Notes under the pieces: model-generated
The model's input: the letters and a program-made list of their open reading frames with translations, nothing else
What the model was told of the DNA's origin: nothing
Databases searched by the model: none
Origin: Geosiphon pyriformis uo1
Lineage: Eukaryota > Fungi > Glomeromycota
Length of the DNA stretch: 64,000 bases
Assembly (NCBI GenBank): GCA_016748015.1
Contig: JAAOMT010000258.1
Coordinates: 746,173-810,172, forward strand
Reading direction: 5' to 3'
Part shown: positions 1-12,875 of the stretch, one piece after another
How the letters are laid out: every line of letters starts with the position of its first letter
How positions within the stretch are numbered: the stretch's first letter is position 1
Made by a program: the position numbers and the translations under genes

Positions 1-2833
1 AAATTACCAATTAAAAATGAAAAAATATTTTAAAAGCTATCAAAAACAGCTTTTTACTATTAGTATTTAAAAAAATATAGCCAAAATATTTTGCTTAACT
101 GTTTTAAAAAAAAAATCTTCTTTTATTGAAACTTTATTAGTTATTATAAGAAAAGTAATTAATTAAAACATAAAATTATATTAGTATATTATTTTTTTAT
201 TTTTAAATTATTTTTTATTTTTTAAAAAAAATAATAACTAAAATATTTATAAGATTAATTTTACATATTAAATTTTTATTAATTTGATTTATTTATTTAG
301 GTTAAATTATTCTTTAATTGTTTTTCTGTTTTTTATTAGTGTATTATTTTAAATATATATATAATTAAATATTAAGGTTGAATTATATAAATAAAATAAA
401 TAAATAATATAATATAATATTAATTTAAAAATACTTATGTAATTTTTTATAAAAAATAATAATTTTAATAATATAATTTAATTTTTAAAAATTAATTGTT
501 AAAAATATGTATTATAATAAAAAATTAACTTTTATATTAATAATTTATATATTATATATATTTAATTTTTTTGTTGTTTTAATATTAAATTAAGTATATA
601 TTTGCAATTTTGTTGTAATAAACTATTTTATAATTTTATAATTAAAATTTTTGTATTATTTTTTTAAAATTATATTTAATTATTAAATAATTATAAACAA
701 AAACAACATTAAAATTTAAAAAAAAACTTAAAATATAAAATAGTGATAATACAAATAAATAATTAAAATTTTTTTAATGTTGTTTTAAATATAATATATA
801 GTTTTTTATCTTAATTAATTAAATAGTTTTTTTGTAATAATTATAAATCTTAAAACAATATCTTAAAATTAAATAATTAAAACAATAAATAATAATATTA
901 GTTATATATATTAATTTTACTATAAACAAATATACAAATACTTATTAAAAAAGTTTTTTATAGTCAATTTATAAAAAGCTTTTTTAAATTAAGCAAAATT
1001 TTTTACTGTTGTTTACAGAATTTAATTTTATATACAATATTTAAAAAATTATTAATCCAAAAATAAAGTATTTTATAATTTTTTTTAAATTATATATATT
1101 TTTATATTTAATTTATTTAAATTATCTAAATTTTTACTTAAATTTATTTATTTATTAATTTAAACTATTTAAAAATTACATAAATTTAATAAAATTTTAA
1201 ATTTTTATAACTTAAAAACTAATATATTAAATAATTTTTTTTTAATTATTAATGTTATTATAAGTGCTAAAATTTAAAATACTTAACTTTAATTTATAAA
1301 CCCATTTTTTTGGACTTTTTAAATTATTTTTTAAAATGTTTAACTTAAAAAATATTAATTTAAATTAATTTTGTTATATATATGTATATTACTAATAAAT
1401 TTATTGTATTATTTATAGTTATTAATAAATATAATACAAAGACAAAAAAGATTTTTGTTTTTAATTATAACTAATTTGGTTAACTTTATAATATAGTTTA
1501 TACAAAAATTAATACAATTACATATTAAACTTATAAAATTATAATTATAATTGGCCAAATTTATAATTATTATTTTTAAATTCAAAACTTTGAAAAATTA
1601 TTATATATTAATAAAAAACTTGTGATAATAAGTACTGTTTTAAGTATTAAAAATTTAAATTACTTTTTTTGGTTTAAATAAAAGTTTTATTTAGTTTATT
1701 GTATCTTGTTCAAATGTGTTCAAGCCTAATAAAAAAATTAATTTTTAGAAAAACAAATTCAAGGTATGGTTTTGGTTGCAATTGACTAATCATTTAAAAA
1801 AATCTGTAAAATTGTAACAAATTACAAAATTTAATCATCTTATGTATCTTTTAGCAAATTTTTTTTTTGCTACAAATCATTTTGGCAGAAGCAAATTAAT
1901 TACTTAGTTTGTTAAAACAAGGTCTTTATAATGTTTCGTTGGAGGTTCAAATCGGATAGCAGTGATTATCCTTGCCTTGGGATTATGTTTACGCTGTTCG
2001 TCGGTCATAATAATGTAAGACAAGAAAACCCTGAGATATTTCATGGAAAATCTTAATATTTTAAGATTTCTTTTCGAAAAGAAGATAACTATTAGTTTTA
2101 GCAACTCTCGCGAAAGGCGAGAATTGAATTGAAACTTGTTTAATCTATTTCAACATTCTTAGTTGGGCTGTTGACATTTATGATAAAATATGAATGTTTT
2201 TCAGCGGCAATAACAATTGTGACGCAAACCTCTCATTCAGTCTAGCTCGCCCAGACTTTTTAGCTTTAATTTTCAATTTCAACTACTTTTCCGAAATTTA
2301 TTTTCCGAATTAAAACATAAAATAAAACGAATATAATAGGATACTTAGTTTGAGCAGATATTGTAATAGGTTTCAGGGTCGTTTTCAGGGGCTATTAGGA
2401 ATTTAAAGTCTTTTTTCAAAACGGCAAAATCCAGATATGGCTGGACAAACCTTTTTTCTCATTAGAAGAGAGGCCATAGTTTGCTCTAAAACCACAATTT
2501 TTGCCACAACTTCTTCGTGTAGTGATAAGATGCTGAGGAAGATAACTTTTAAGCTTTGAACTACTCAAAACCTTGAAGTCTTTTTTTGCCAATAATTAGT
2601 AGGAAATCTTCTACGAGGTCTGCTTAAAAGGAGTTTTAAATATGATGTGTGGGATAGGCATGTTTATAATTTCTACATGGATGTTCGATGATCACCAAAT
2701 GCAGCTAGTACTTTAGCTCAGCAATAAGTGTAACACCAACTACTTTTTCCCTCTCTTCAAAGCAAACGCCGAAGCTTGGTTTTTCAAGGTTAAACTATTT
2801 ATTAAACCATATTAGCTATAGCTTGCTAGGAAA

Positions 2834-3965
2834 ATGTCCACGCCTTTGTTCTCCAAGGTAAAAAAATTCTAAAGTTTCCGTAGAGAAGTCTGTAAAATCA
2901 CATGACTTGAATCCTTATTTTTTTCGCAGAGACTTGCAAAAGAATTTCGTGATCTCTCACTCAACCCTCCCACTGGTATAGGAATAATAGAGGCAGATAC
3001 CTTTAAAAGGTGCTAAAACGCGCCAAGCAATAATAATTAGTTTTAAACCAACTACAAAGGTTGTTCACCTGCAATAACTACTAAAATGCTTTCATTTTTA
3101 TTCTGTTTAGCTGGAAGCTTTCACTAGATGGAGTAGAAGATACCTTATATGCAGGCGAGAGTTTTACTTTAGAGGTAGTATATTTGCATTAGGTTTTTTT
3201 TAACTTAGGGATTCACTATCAGATAATCGGGATATCTTCCTAAAATTTAAATTCATAATTCTAGTTTCGATTCACTCCCAATTATCCAATGGAATCACCT
3301 GAGGTAAGACTGTGTCTAATTGTTATCCAAAAAAATATTTCATATTTTTAAAAGAAAATGTTAATATTTGCTGGAACATTAATAATAATAGGTGATTTTT
3401 ATAAATAACATACCAATACATCCCCATGTAAGTTATTTTTGGATTTATCTCTACATAGTTTCCTTTAGCAACTCTACTAACTCACTCCTTATTTTCACCC
3501 TAAGATTTATAGGTAAAGTGATAAGGTTTTTTGAGCACTATGAAAAATAGTTTTGGTAACATCAAATTTGATTTATTCTTTTGTTCTCACCACCTTTAAC
3601 GTTTAATCCTAGGACAGCAATGGTCATATATGCTTGAATGTATTATATGATCAATGGAGCCCCGTTTTAAGTGTTAGATCCGTCTGCCTATCATTACAAT
3701 CAATGCTGTCGAGCTGTACTAAAAAGGTGGGTGAATATTTAATCTCCAATCTTATCGATCATTTGACTGCATTCTCAATTACCTTCATATTCATGTACCA
3801 GGAGCCCCCACCGGATGATGGTCGATATACGAGATCAGCTAAAGCCTCCCCAAAGCACACCCAATGGGCTTTTCACGGTAATATAAAAAGATTGCCATTT
3901 TTGCTATTTTTGTTTTGATTGAGAATATTTGTTAATCTTTATGTCTTTTAGATGATAGCGTTTGA
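2834..3965 (+). CDS. UBE2W: Ubiquitin-conjugating enzyme E2, UBE2W-like (9 exons)
   Basis: Manual splicing gives MSTPLFSK|RLAKEFRDLSLNPPTG...|WKLSLDGVEDTLYAGESFTLE|FRFTPNYPMESPE|VIFINNIPIHPH|IYS|NGHICLNVLYDQWSPVLSVRSVCLSLQSMLSSCTKK|EPPPDDGRY...KHTQWAFH|DDSV*. All introns are GT-AG. HPH-x-YSNGHICL and the C-terminal W-x-FHDD-x-V are typical of UBE2W. Confidence 0.92.
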
Positions 3966-6900
3966 TTCTTTCGTAACCATCTTAATCCAGCAGATTGGAC
4001 TTCTGATATGATTACAGAGTAGCTTTTTCTTTTGTATTTAGAGTTTTTAAATATTTTATTGCTCAATTCATCCAGTTAAGAGTGGTTTCTTAGTTTTTTA
4101 GATCTTATATATTCAGAATAAAGTTTTTTGTTTAATGAAAGTTTGCTATTCAAAACAAAATTTTCTCTATTGGGTCATATTTTTTTTGGTTTCAAAATTA
4201 TTGGTATTAAAAGTTATTGGTTTTTCACTGTTATTGACCAAAAACAATTTTTTATTACATTGCGGTTAAATATGACAAGTAAATAAATTTTTTTTTCAAC
4301 TGATTATAATATTATTATTTTATAATAAAAATGTTTTTTAAATAAAATAATTTAATATAATTTTTTTGAATTAAAATACACAAAAATATTTTAATTTAAT
4401 TAAAAGCTTTAATAATAAATATATTATATTATAATTTTTTTATACAATTAACTTAAAATATATAAAAATAAATATAATATATTTAATAATATTTAAAATT
4501 AAAAATTTAAAAATGTAATTATAAATATTAAATTTAAATTATTAATATAATTACAAAAATTTAATTAAAAATAGCATAACAATTTAAAATTACAAATTTT
4601 TATATTTGTTAAATTGTTTAATTAAATATAATTTATATATTATTTAATTTTTAAAAATTAAAAATTTTTGTATTATATTTTAAATCTAAAAAATTTAATT
4701 ATATTAATTATAAACAAAATAATTTCTAAATTTTATTTATTTTAAAGTTTAAAAATTAATTCTAAATTAACTTTTTTAATTAAAATCATATTATTATTGA
4801 GCTTTAAAATAAATAAAAAAAATTAAAATTATCAAATATTTTAATTATGCTTTATATTTAATTAAAAAAGTTTTTTAAAAAATGAAAATTATTTATTTAA
4901 TAATTATTTTCAAGTACTGATAAATATCTGATGTAATTTTATTTTTCTAACTTACTTTTATAATGTATTTTTCATTTTATTAATAATTAATTATTTCATT
5001 GTATTTAACTAATTATTATTATTATTATTGTTGTTGTTAGAGAATATGCATTAATAATTTTATAAATGTAAATAGGCTTTGAAGATTCTGAATATTTTTA
5101 CCAAGTCGTATTAAATTTAATGCTAAAATTTAATTTGTTTAGAAATATAAAATATTAAATCTGGTCAAAAGAACATCCTAAAATAATTCAATACTACAAA
5201 AGTTTTTTTATTTTCAATCAATATTTTATGTTATTTAAAATAATTGTTGTTCAGAATTAAATGATCTAGAATTATCAAAATTTGACAAAATTCTGCTTCA
5301 TTATTTTTGCGGAAAAACTTTAGATGTCTTTAGCTAGAACTGTTTTTTCGAAAGTTACCGTGCCAAAAAATTATGTTTTACTTCATTTATGATTACACAC
5401 AATTCAAATATCAAGTTCACTTATCAAAATGCCAAGAATATCATTTCCAACATTCCAAAATTCCAACTATTAAATATTGTATTAATAATCTGTTATGAGA
5501 AACTCGAGGCTTCTGAACTTTTTGTAATAAAACAAAAATTCAACAGAGTAAAAGCAAATTTTCAGTGTTTGAAAAGTTAATACTTAAATTAAGTTGAATC
5601 GAGAATTGCTCATTAACATTTTTTAAATCCTTAAAGGGCAATTTTTCAAAGAAGCTTTGATTCATTGCTTCATTTAGCAACTACTCATTCCACAATTTTT
5701 TCGATATTTAAGTTATTTCTAGGCAGAATTTGGACTAAAGCACATTTATTATAAGCGAGGTCTTGAAAGTCGAAAATGGTAGTTGGGTGTTGAAGAGGCA
5801 GACCTTAAAACGAAACATACATAAATGATGTCTAGAGGGATAATGGCAAAAATGAAATACCTACAAATCGCGAAGTACACCTCCCATCGATGTATAGATG
5901 ATTCTTTCGGAAGTGATAAGTCATTAGAGGTTTCAAGGCTTCACCTAATCCGTTTGAAAGCGTTGGCATTCAAAGCCTTCATAATAGATCATTCTGTGCC
6001 AGAAAAGGGATCTTGAATCTGTGGTTCCAGTTCATCAAGATCAATCTTGGCAGCGAGTACCGGCTACATACGAATTGTTCAAGGAATCCTTCTGTCACAT
6101 TCGCAATCATCATCACTATATGGCATGTATAATCATAGAAAGTATTAGAAGTTGTTGCAATAGATCCTTATGATTGATCCGGTCAACTATAACAGAGCTT
6201 TGACTCAATACTGATGGTTGACCTTTTCGAGTTCATCCCTTACTATAAGTTAATACATCCACAATGGGTGGCCAGAGCGATGTTTTCCAGGCAAGATTAC
6301 ACCAGCCAACTATTGTTGACAAACGCTACTATCCACATCAGCCAATACCCAAGCTCAAAGTCTCAGCGTTGATTGAAACAAACGCTCACATCAGCGGAAC
6401 CATATGTAACGTGAATCAAGTTACCGAAACACAATATCGATCATCCTTTTCACTAGTAGAACTACTCTTCCTCTTTGGTTGTGAGTGATCATGTTTACCA
6501 CAAAATTAAGACCAATGATTCAATTGTATACTATATCCAAACTTATTAAACAAATGTCAATTAAAAATTTAATTTTTAAAAATATCTTATTTTATTATCA
6601 ATGGATTTTTAAATTGATAAATATTAATAATCAAATTTTTAAAGAAATCAAATTTTTAATCAATTGCATCTTTATTTGTAAATTTATAATTCTCCATTTA
6701 AATATTTTACATTAATTTTATCATAAAAATAGATATAAAAGGTTAAAATATTTTTAAATAATATTTAAGTGTTTTTCTGTTTTAAATTAGTGAAAAAATT
6801 TATATTGCTAACTTGAAACCTTTTAAATCTTGTAATAAAAATAAAAAATTTCAATATATAATACAATTTTTATTTAAACATAATTAATATTTTAAAAAAG

Positions 6901-7956
6901 AATATACAAATGTTATCTAATTTTTATTTGTTATTTATTTAGTTATCAATATCAAAAAAATTACCAAATTATAAAATCTATTACCATAAATATTATATTA
7001 AATTAGATTTATATATTCAATTAATTAACATTATATATATATTTGCAATTAAATTATTATTTGATTAATTTAAAATCATTATTAATTTCAATAAATTATT
7101 TGAATTTTTAAAATTATAATTTTTGTGCTTAAAATATTAAATAAATAAAAAATTTTTTAATGTAAAAATATTATTAGCTAAATAAGATCAAACCCAAATA
7201 AAAGATTTTTAATTTTAATTTTTAATTTTATTAGCAAATGAAAACAATTAAAATAATTTGAAAAAAATTAATTTATTTTGTTTTATTATTGATTCATTTA
7301 AAATTATTATTACTTTTTTTTAAAAAAGTCTAAAATTTGATAAACAAACTTTTAATTTTATCAAGTATTTTTAAAAAACTTTTATTAATTAAAAAATAAA
7401 TTAATAATAAATAAAAAACCAAAATTTAAAATCAAAATCTAATTTAATAGTTTTTTTCAAAGTATTTTATAATAAATTTTTAAAAAGACGAATTAAGTTA
7501 AAATTTAAATACCAGTTATTTTTTAATGAAAGCTAAATTTATTTTCAGTTTAATTAAATATTAATTAATATTTGAAAAATCATTTTTTTTTTAAATTTAA
7601 AAGCAATTGTGAAAAAAAATTCCAATAATTTTACAATAATTTGATATTAGATTAAATTAAAAAACTTTATTTAATAAAAAAACTTTTTCGACACAAAATT
7701 TTAATGATGTTTATAATAATAATAATATTTTTATAATGGCATCAAGTATGTTACATTAAAACAAATTATTTTTCGTAAATTTTTTGGGAAAAAACAATTA
7801 AATTAGGATTTTTAAATCACTTTAAGGTTTACCAGCAGAAACCAATTTTATATGTTTTTATCTGCAAAAAATGGAAAATCATGATAATGACTTTGAGTAC
7901 AACTATTTTTTATTAAATATTTATTTAATAATATCAGGTAGATAGGGCTAATAGCG

Positions 7957-7977
7957 CCACTTTCAGGTTGATCAAAT
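7957..7977 (+). promoter_or_regulatory. Conserved upstream motif shared by both RNase III genes
   Basis: CCACTTTCAGGTTGATCAAAT lies about 85 bp before the ATG. A near-identical copy (one extra T) is on the minus strand at 13544-13565, upstream of the second paralogue. It contains the palindrome TTGATCAA. A regulatory role is inferred only. Confidence 0.4.
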
Positions 7978-8061
7978 CACGCAGTTTTTAATAATAATGT
8001 CACAATCCCTCATTTTTTTTTTGGAAATGATCAATAAAGGTCTTACTGGTTGTTTGAAGAA

Positions 8062-8625
8062 ATGCTTCAAAATTCAATTAAACCAATATTTTTCAACAGA
8101 TTCAATTTTGAAACAACAAAGTTGCTTAAAGAGCTCGGCGCAAATTTTCCGACTGCCGACGGTATTCATCTTCCCCCAATTAACAATAACCTCCTCTTCT
8201 ATTCGGCACTTCTTCATCCAAGTAAAGGAAACCAACTAGATAAAAGGCTTTCATCACTTTTACCCGCCACATTCTATCGTCTAGCATTTCTAGGTGATGC
8301 AGCACTCACATATCATGTGGCTTTTATCTTACAAGAAAAATATTCAGAAGCGACTGTCGGCAATTTAACAGCACTTCGTAGTAAGATTGTTAGCCGTAAC
8401 AATTTAGCTGAATTTTGCAAATCGGTTGGATTGAAGGATAAAATTGTAGCTTCTTCTGGGATTCAGGAGCAGGTAAACGTGCAGGGGGAAGCTTTTGAAG
8501 CGTATATTGGAGCCTTATGTTTAGATTACAACAAGTATTTTAGTCCGAAAAGCAAAACTAATATAAAATTAATAGCTAATCGAGTGACGGAGTTTGTAAT
8601 AGAACAGCATATGCCGGATTTTTAG
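8062..8625 (+). CDS. Single-domain RNase III-family protein, no dsRBD (copy A, 187 aa)
   Basis: Intronless ORF with ALLHPS...RLAFLGDAAL...GNLTALRSKIVS...LAEFCKSVGL...GEAFEAYIGALCLD, matching the RNase III catalytic fold. ATG 8062 was chosen by alignment with the paralogue start MLRNSIKP. Confidence 0.88.
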   Translation: MLQNSIKPIFFNRFNFETTKLLKELGANFPTADGIHLPPINNNLLFYSALLHPSKGNQLDKRLSSLLPATFYRLAFLGDAALTYHVAFILQEKYSEATVGNLTALRSKIVSRNNLAEFCKSVGLKDKIVASSGIQEQVNVQGEAFEAYIGALCLDYNKYFSPKSKTNIKLIANRVTEFVIEQHMPDF

Positions 8626-9572
8626 TGCAATACATATTTGTATATTGAAATGTCAAAAGTTTATATCCTATGAATGTTCAGCCATTTTATATCACAATTT
8701 ATAATGTATTTAGTTTTCAAGTATTAGTTGATTAGATCTTTAAAGATTGCCAAAAAGCTCAAACCATTTAAAAATTCCAAAAATTGTAGAAGGGCTATAA
8801 AGGTTCGGTGTGTACGTTTTTAGCAACCAAAGAATAGTTTGATTTTCAAAAATAAAGTGTAAATACCCTAGCAGAGCATGACAAAATCCTTTTGCAAGAG
8901 AAAATGGATTTTACAATTTAGTAAAAGTTATGAGAAAATTATCATGACCTTAGATATATGGACCTTTTGACCATATATCAATTCATCATGATTCATGCTT
9001 GAATCCAAAGTTTAATATATATTCTTAGCACCATTCGTTCAATATTATTTAAGCAAGATGTGTTTCTACTTTGCTGACTCCTGCATTCTCCACAGTTTTT
9101 GGAATGAAAGCTTAGATTGATTCGACTGAATTCGTGTAGCAATGAGCTTTGGAAAGGAACTGAAAATTTTTTTTACCAAATATATATATATATATGTTAA
9201 ATTTTTTAATTAACCACCAATCCCTTAATAAAATCAAGCAGCGTAATTTAAAAATTTCTATGGTAAGCTGATTTCTTCGTACTCATCGAATAACCAATCA
9301 GTTTCTGGTTACACGATAAGTTGATCAATGCTCGGCTTGTAACTATGATAATAAGTTAAATGGACAGATTTTTGCAAACAACATATCCTAATTTGCAACT
9401 CTCCAAAATAGCTTTCCCTACAAAAAAAAAAGAATTCTACTGCTAACGCTCCACCTAAGGTTTGTATCAAATTCATTCCTGGAAGGCCTTATGGATATGC
9501 CCTGAAAGTACGTTATCACATTGATTTGAATAGTCAAAATAGGCTTAGCTGTTTTTGTTTAGTTTCATCGCA

Positions 9573-10374
9573 ATGTCGTACCCAGGAAGCGTTGATGAAG
9601 GTTTTAGATCGCTAATTAGCTTGACAGAACAGGCATGTTTAATAACTCATTTAATTGATATATTGAAACCTTTCCCAAATATCTAAATTCGATTAAAAAT
9701 TTTCCACTTTAACGGAATTTTTGCAGCTCACGATAGATCAACCAAATAATTTCGAGAATCAAACTCAAAATTTCCCAAAAAATATTACTCCTCAAGTGCT
9801 AAACAGCTTAATCGAGTCAATAAGACCAAAAAATATTAATAGCTCTCGAATATTCCTGCCATCACCAGCGAATTCCAATTCTGACTTACCACCTCTAGCA
9901 CCGATACATCCTCGGCTTTCTAGGCGACGAGGGGGAACAATGACACAAATTCGGCTCAGCGTCAGTGAAAATTTTATATTCCACTACGAGGTTCGAAAAA
10001 ATCGTGGCTATAGAACTAATACCAATTTTAATGTGGGAATAATCGCCAATGAAATTCTCGCATTAACTAAGCCAACAAACAAATTTGCATCAACCAAGTT
10101 TGCTAAGCAAGAAATGGAAAACAACCTTATCAAATGGATACAGCGTAAAAAGATTCCGGAGGCAAAAATGATACCAATGTTAGAGGATTGGATGGCACAA
10201 CAAATCGACGCTTTGACCGATGAAGAAAAGAAAGCAAGAGAAATGAAAAGAAAGGTTAAGGTAAATTTACAGTTTATTTTCAAAAATTATATATTTTTAT
10301 AAATTGAAATTATCATCTTAAATTGCTATATTTCTTCTATATAGAGAGCTAGAGTTCGCTATGCAAGAATCTAA
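9573..10374 (+). CDS. Hypothetical basic protein (3 exons, about 205-210 aa)
   Basis: The long open frame 9721-10260 ends at an AAG|GTAAAT donor. An acceptor at 10344 gives RARVRYARI*. The probable first exon MSYPGSVDEGFRSLISLTEQ uses an in-frame CAG|GCATGT (GC) donor. No family recognised. Confidence 0.6.
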
Positions 10375-11045
10375 CAATGAATTTATCACCGCTTGATTAA
10401 AATTTTGTTATAAATTTTAAGAAAATTGCCGTCTTTCGCAAAACTGATAGCAACAGTTTACAAAAATTTCATGAGCATTACCATCCGTACATTTAAGGTA
10501 AAGTTTTTAGAAAATCAAAAAACAAATAAGGGAGTTGCGTTTATTTGCATCATTTTGAAAAAAATCAAAATTTACAACCATTCACAATATTCCAAGAGTT
10601 TTGGCTGTTCTATTAAAGGGTTTTAATGTTTGATATTCTTTTCAAGAAACTCCTTACTTTATAAATATCAAATGTGTAATTTACAAAAAAAAAATTCTGT
10701 TACAAAATCACTCAATAAGCATATTAGTGAGTCACAATGTTTGATATGGATTCATAACTAAAATTGAATTGCTAGATTGCAATCTATTGTTGCTTATCAA
10801 AATATTTCGAGTCTCAAATTTGAAATAAATTTCTAATATTTTTAAGGTTTCAGGCATGATATCATACGAAATTTATTCAGCCACGAGAAAACAGATACCG
10901 ATGAAAAGATTTTCTTAATAATCATTTTCAAAATCTTGAAAATAAATATCCCCCTTTTTCTCTTCCCAATTCCCTCTTCACCGAGCTAACTTCTCAAAAT
11001 ACTGAAACCACCACCGCCACTTCCACGACTACCTCTACTACCAAG

Positions 11046-11380
11046 AAAGGTTACCTCTACACCCATGTCTGCAGTGCAAAGAAAAAAGAGGATCTCAATC
11101 TACGAACTCCTCGGCGATATTGGATCAGGTATCAATTTCCAACGATTAGAACTTAAGACCCTATTGAAACAAACCAGCTGCAAATTGATCTCGGAAATTG
11201 TGGTCACTCACCGTGATAAATTTTGCTGATTTTCCTTCGACCTCTTCTAATATACCTTTTTTCTCCATTCTGCAAAACTCCTGGTTCTCTTCGATGATGC
11301 CCTCCGACTAGCATAAACTCATAAAAGACATTCTTGCCATCAACACAGTCTTTATATGCCACATGCAGGGGCAGGAGACC
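11046..11380 (+). mobile_element. Decayed IS607-type serine recombinase (TnpA) pseudogene
   Basis: Across frameshifts it reads KGYLYTHVCSAKKKEDLN / ELLGDIGSGINFQRLELKTLL...ISEIVVTHRDKFC*FSFDLF / KLIKDILAINTVFICHMQG. These correspond to the IS607 TnpA motifs YARVSS, DIGSG(I/L)N, VVV.H.DRL.RF.F(D/E)L and EL.ED(I/L)L.I...F. Confidence 0.8.
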
Positions 11381-11419
11381 ATCACAACTAGCTTGGATAA
11401 AGCCTCAATTAATCAAAGA

Positions 11420-11950
11420 TAAATTAAGCTTTACACAGATATTTGGACAGAAAAAGACGTTAATGAGCATGAAGACGAGAAGCTCCGAAAAGCTGCAATA
11501 TGGGCGAGGGCAAGTTCATGCGAACTGTTCTATGTCTTCGAATGTTGCTTCGGCATGCTTCGGGCATGCATGGCAAAGTGCCCGCAAATATAATCGATAA
11601 AGCAATCGATGAAGCATTGATTGCTAGGGAAGTAATTGAGAGGCAGGGTCAATCATTTTGAGCTTGAAAAGATCTGCAACAAAGAAAAACAGAATTTTTC
11701 GAAATCTTCATGGAACCGTTTTTATGTCACTAATCTCCATAATTCGTTGATGCTTACTACATATCTTTATAAGACTGCCACCATTCTAGATAATGAAAAG
11801 CGTGGTTTTTAGGCTCTTTAGTTCGAAAAAAAGAGACATAATAATAGGTGGCCTGTTCCTCACAAGATGATGTCGGATGACAAGCTCACTTATTATCACA
11901 AAACTAAAGGTGCAAATTTGTTTGAGTATACGAGGCATGAGTTTGCCAAT
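11420..11950 (+). pseudogene. Probable TnpB/Fanzor-like N-terminal remnant downstream of TnpA
   Basis: Same strand, directly after TnpA. Fragments IKLY..., KVPANIIDKAIDEALIARE...SF*A*KDLQQ (the TGA stops are plausibly CGA-derived, giving F-R-x-R-K-D) and KRHNNRWP...DDKLTYYHKTK resemble the REC/WED region of IS607 TnpB/Fanzor proteins. No RuvC motif was found. Confidence 0.5.
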
Positions 11951-12875
11951 AGTAGAAGTTTAGCCAAAAGTTTCCGTCCGCTCGATAATTTTGAAAGCCT
12001 CAAAAGGGTAATGCTCTAATTTGCCAAGAATATAAAGAAAAGCACCAAGTTAGGATGACCCATATCTAGTTTTCAATTTAGCAACAAATGTATTTGATTA
12101 ATCAAAAGTGTGATTGTTTTTTGAAGAATATCTCAATAAAATCTTTGGTTAAGGATTTCAGCCTCGGGGAAAGGAGATAGAATATATCAAGTCCTTTTCC
12201 TTTGAAAAAATAAAGTTAAAAGGTTTTTTTTTAAAATTCAAAACTTTGATCATTGAGACACTCCTGAAGCTAAATCTATCAAACGGTCCACATTAAGAGC
12301 AAAAAACTATCTATATTTTTTTTTTTAGAAAAGCCCATTAACAGAAAATAAAATAAAATACTATCTATAAAAAGCATTTTTTTAACCGACATCAATGGTT
12401 GAAAATTACAAGATTCTACCAAAGCAAATTTATTTGTTCAAAAATTTGAAAATCTTACCAAGTTTTGAATTCTTGAATGAATATTTTTTTATAAAAAAAT
12501 GAACTCAAACCATTTCAAAGATATAATTCATAAGAATTTTTTTTTTCAATTACAATATTCTTTTTATAAAGACTCCAGAACAAAAATACAATCCACTGAA
12601 ACAAGATAATCATTTGAGAAAACAGTAGGATAACTTCTAATTTGCCATAAAAGAAAACAGATAAATATTTTAATATCGTTCAGAAATTCAAAAATTAAAC
12701 AAAAAGGCCTTTTCCCTTTTACAATCATGACTAGCTAAATCGTCATAATTACCTGAATTGTAAATTTTTAAAAGAAAAATTTAGGGAAAATGGAAAGATA
12801 TAATGCAAAAAAACATTTGGCAATCAGTAAATGTATCAATTCCTTGATTAAAAAAAGAAAATATAACTTATCAAA

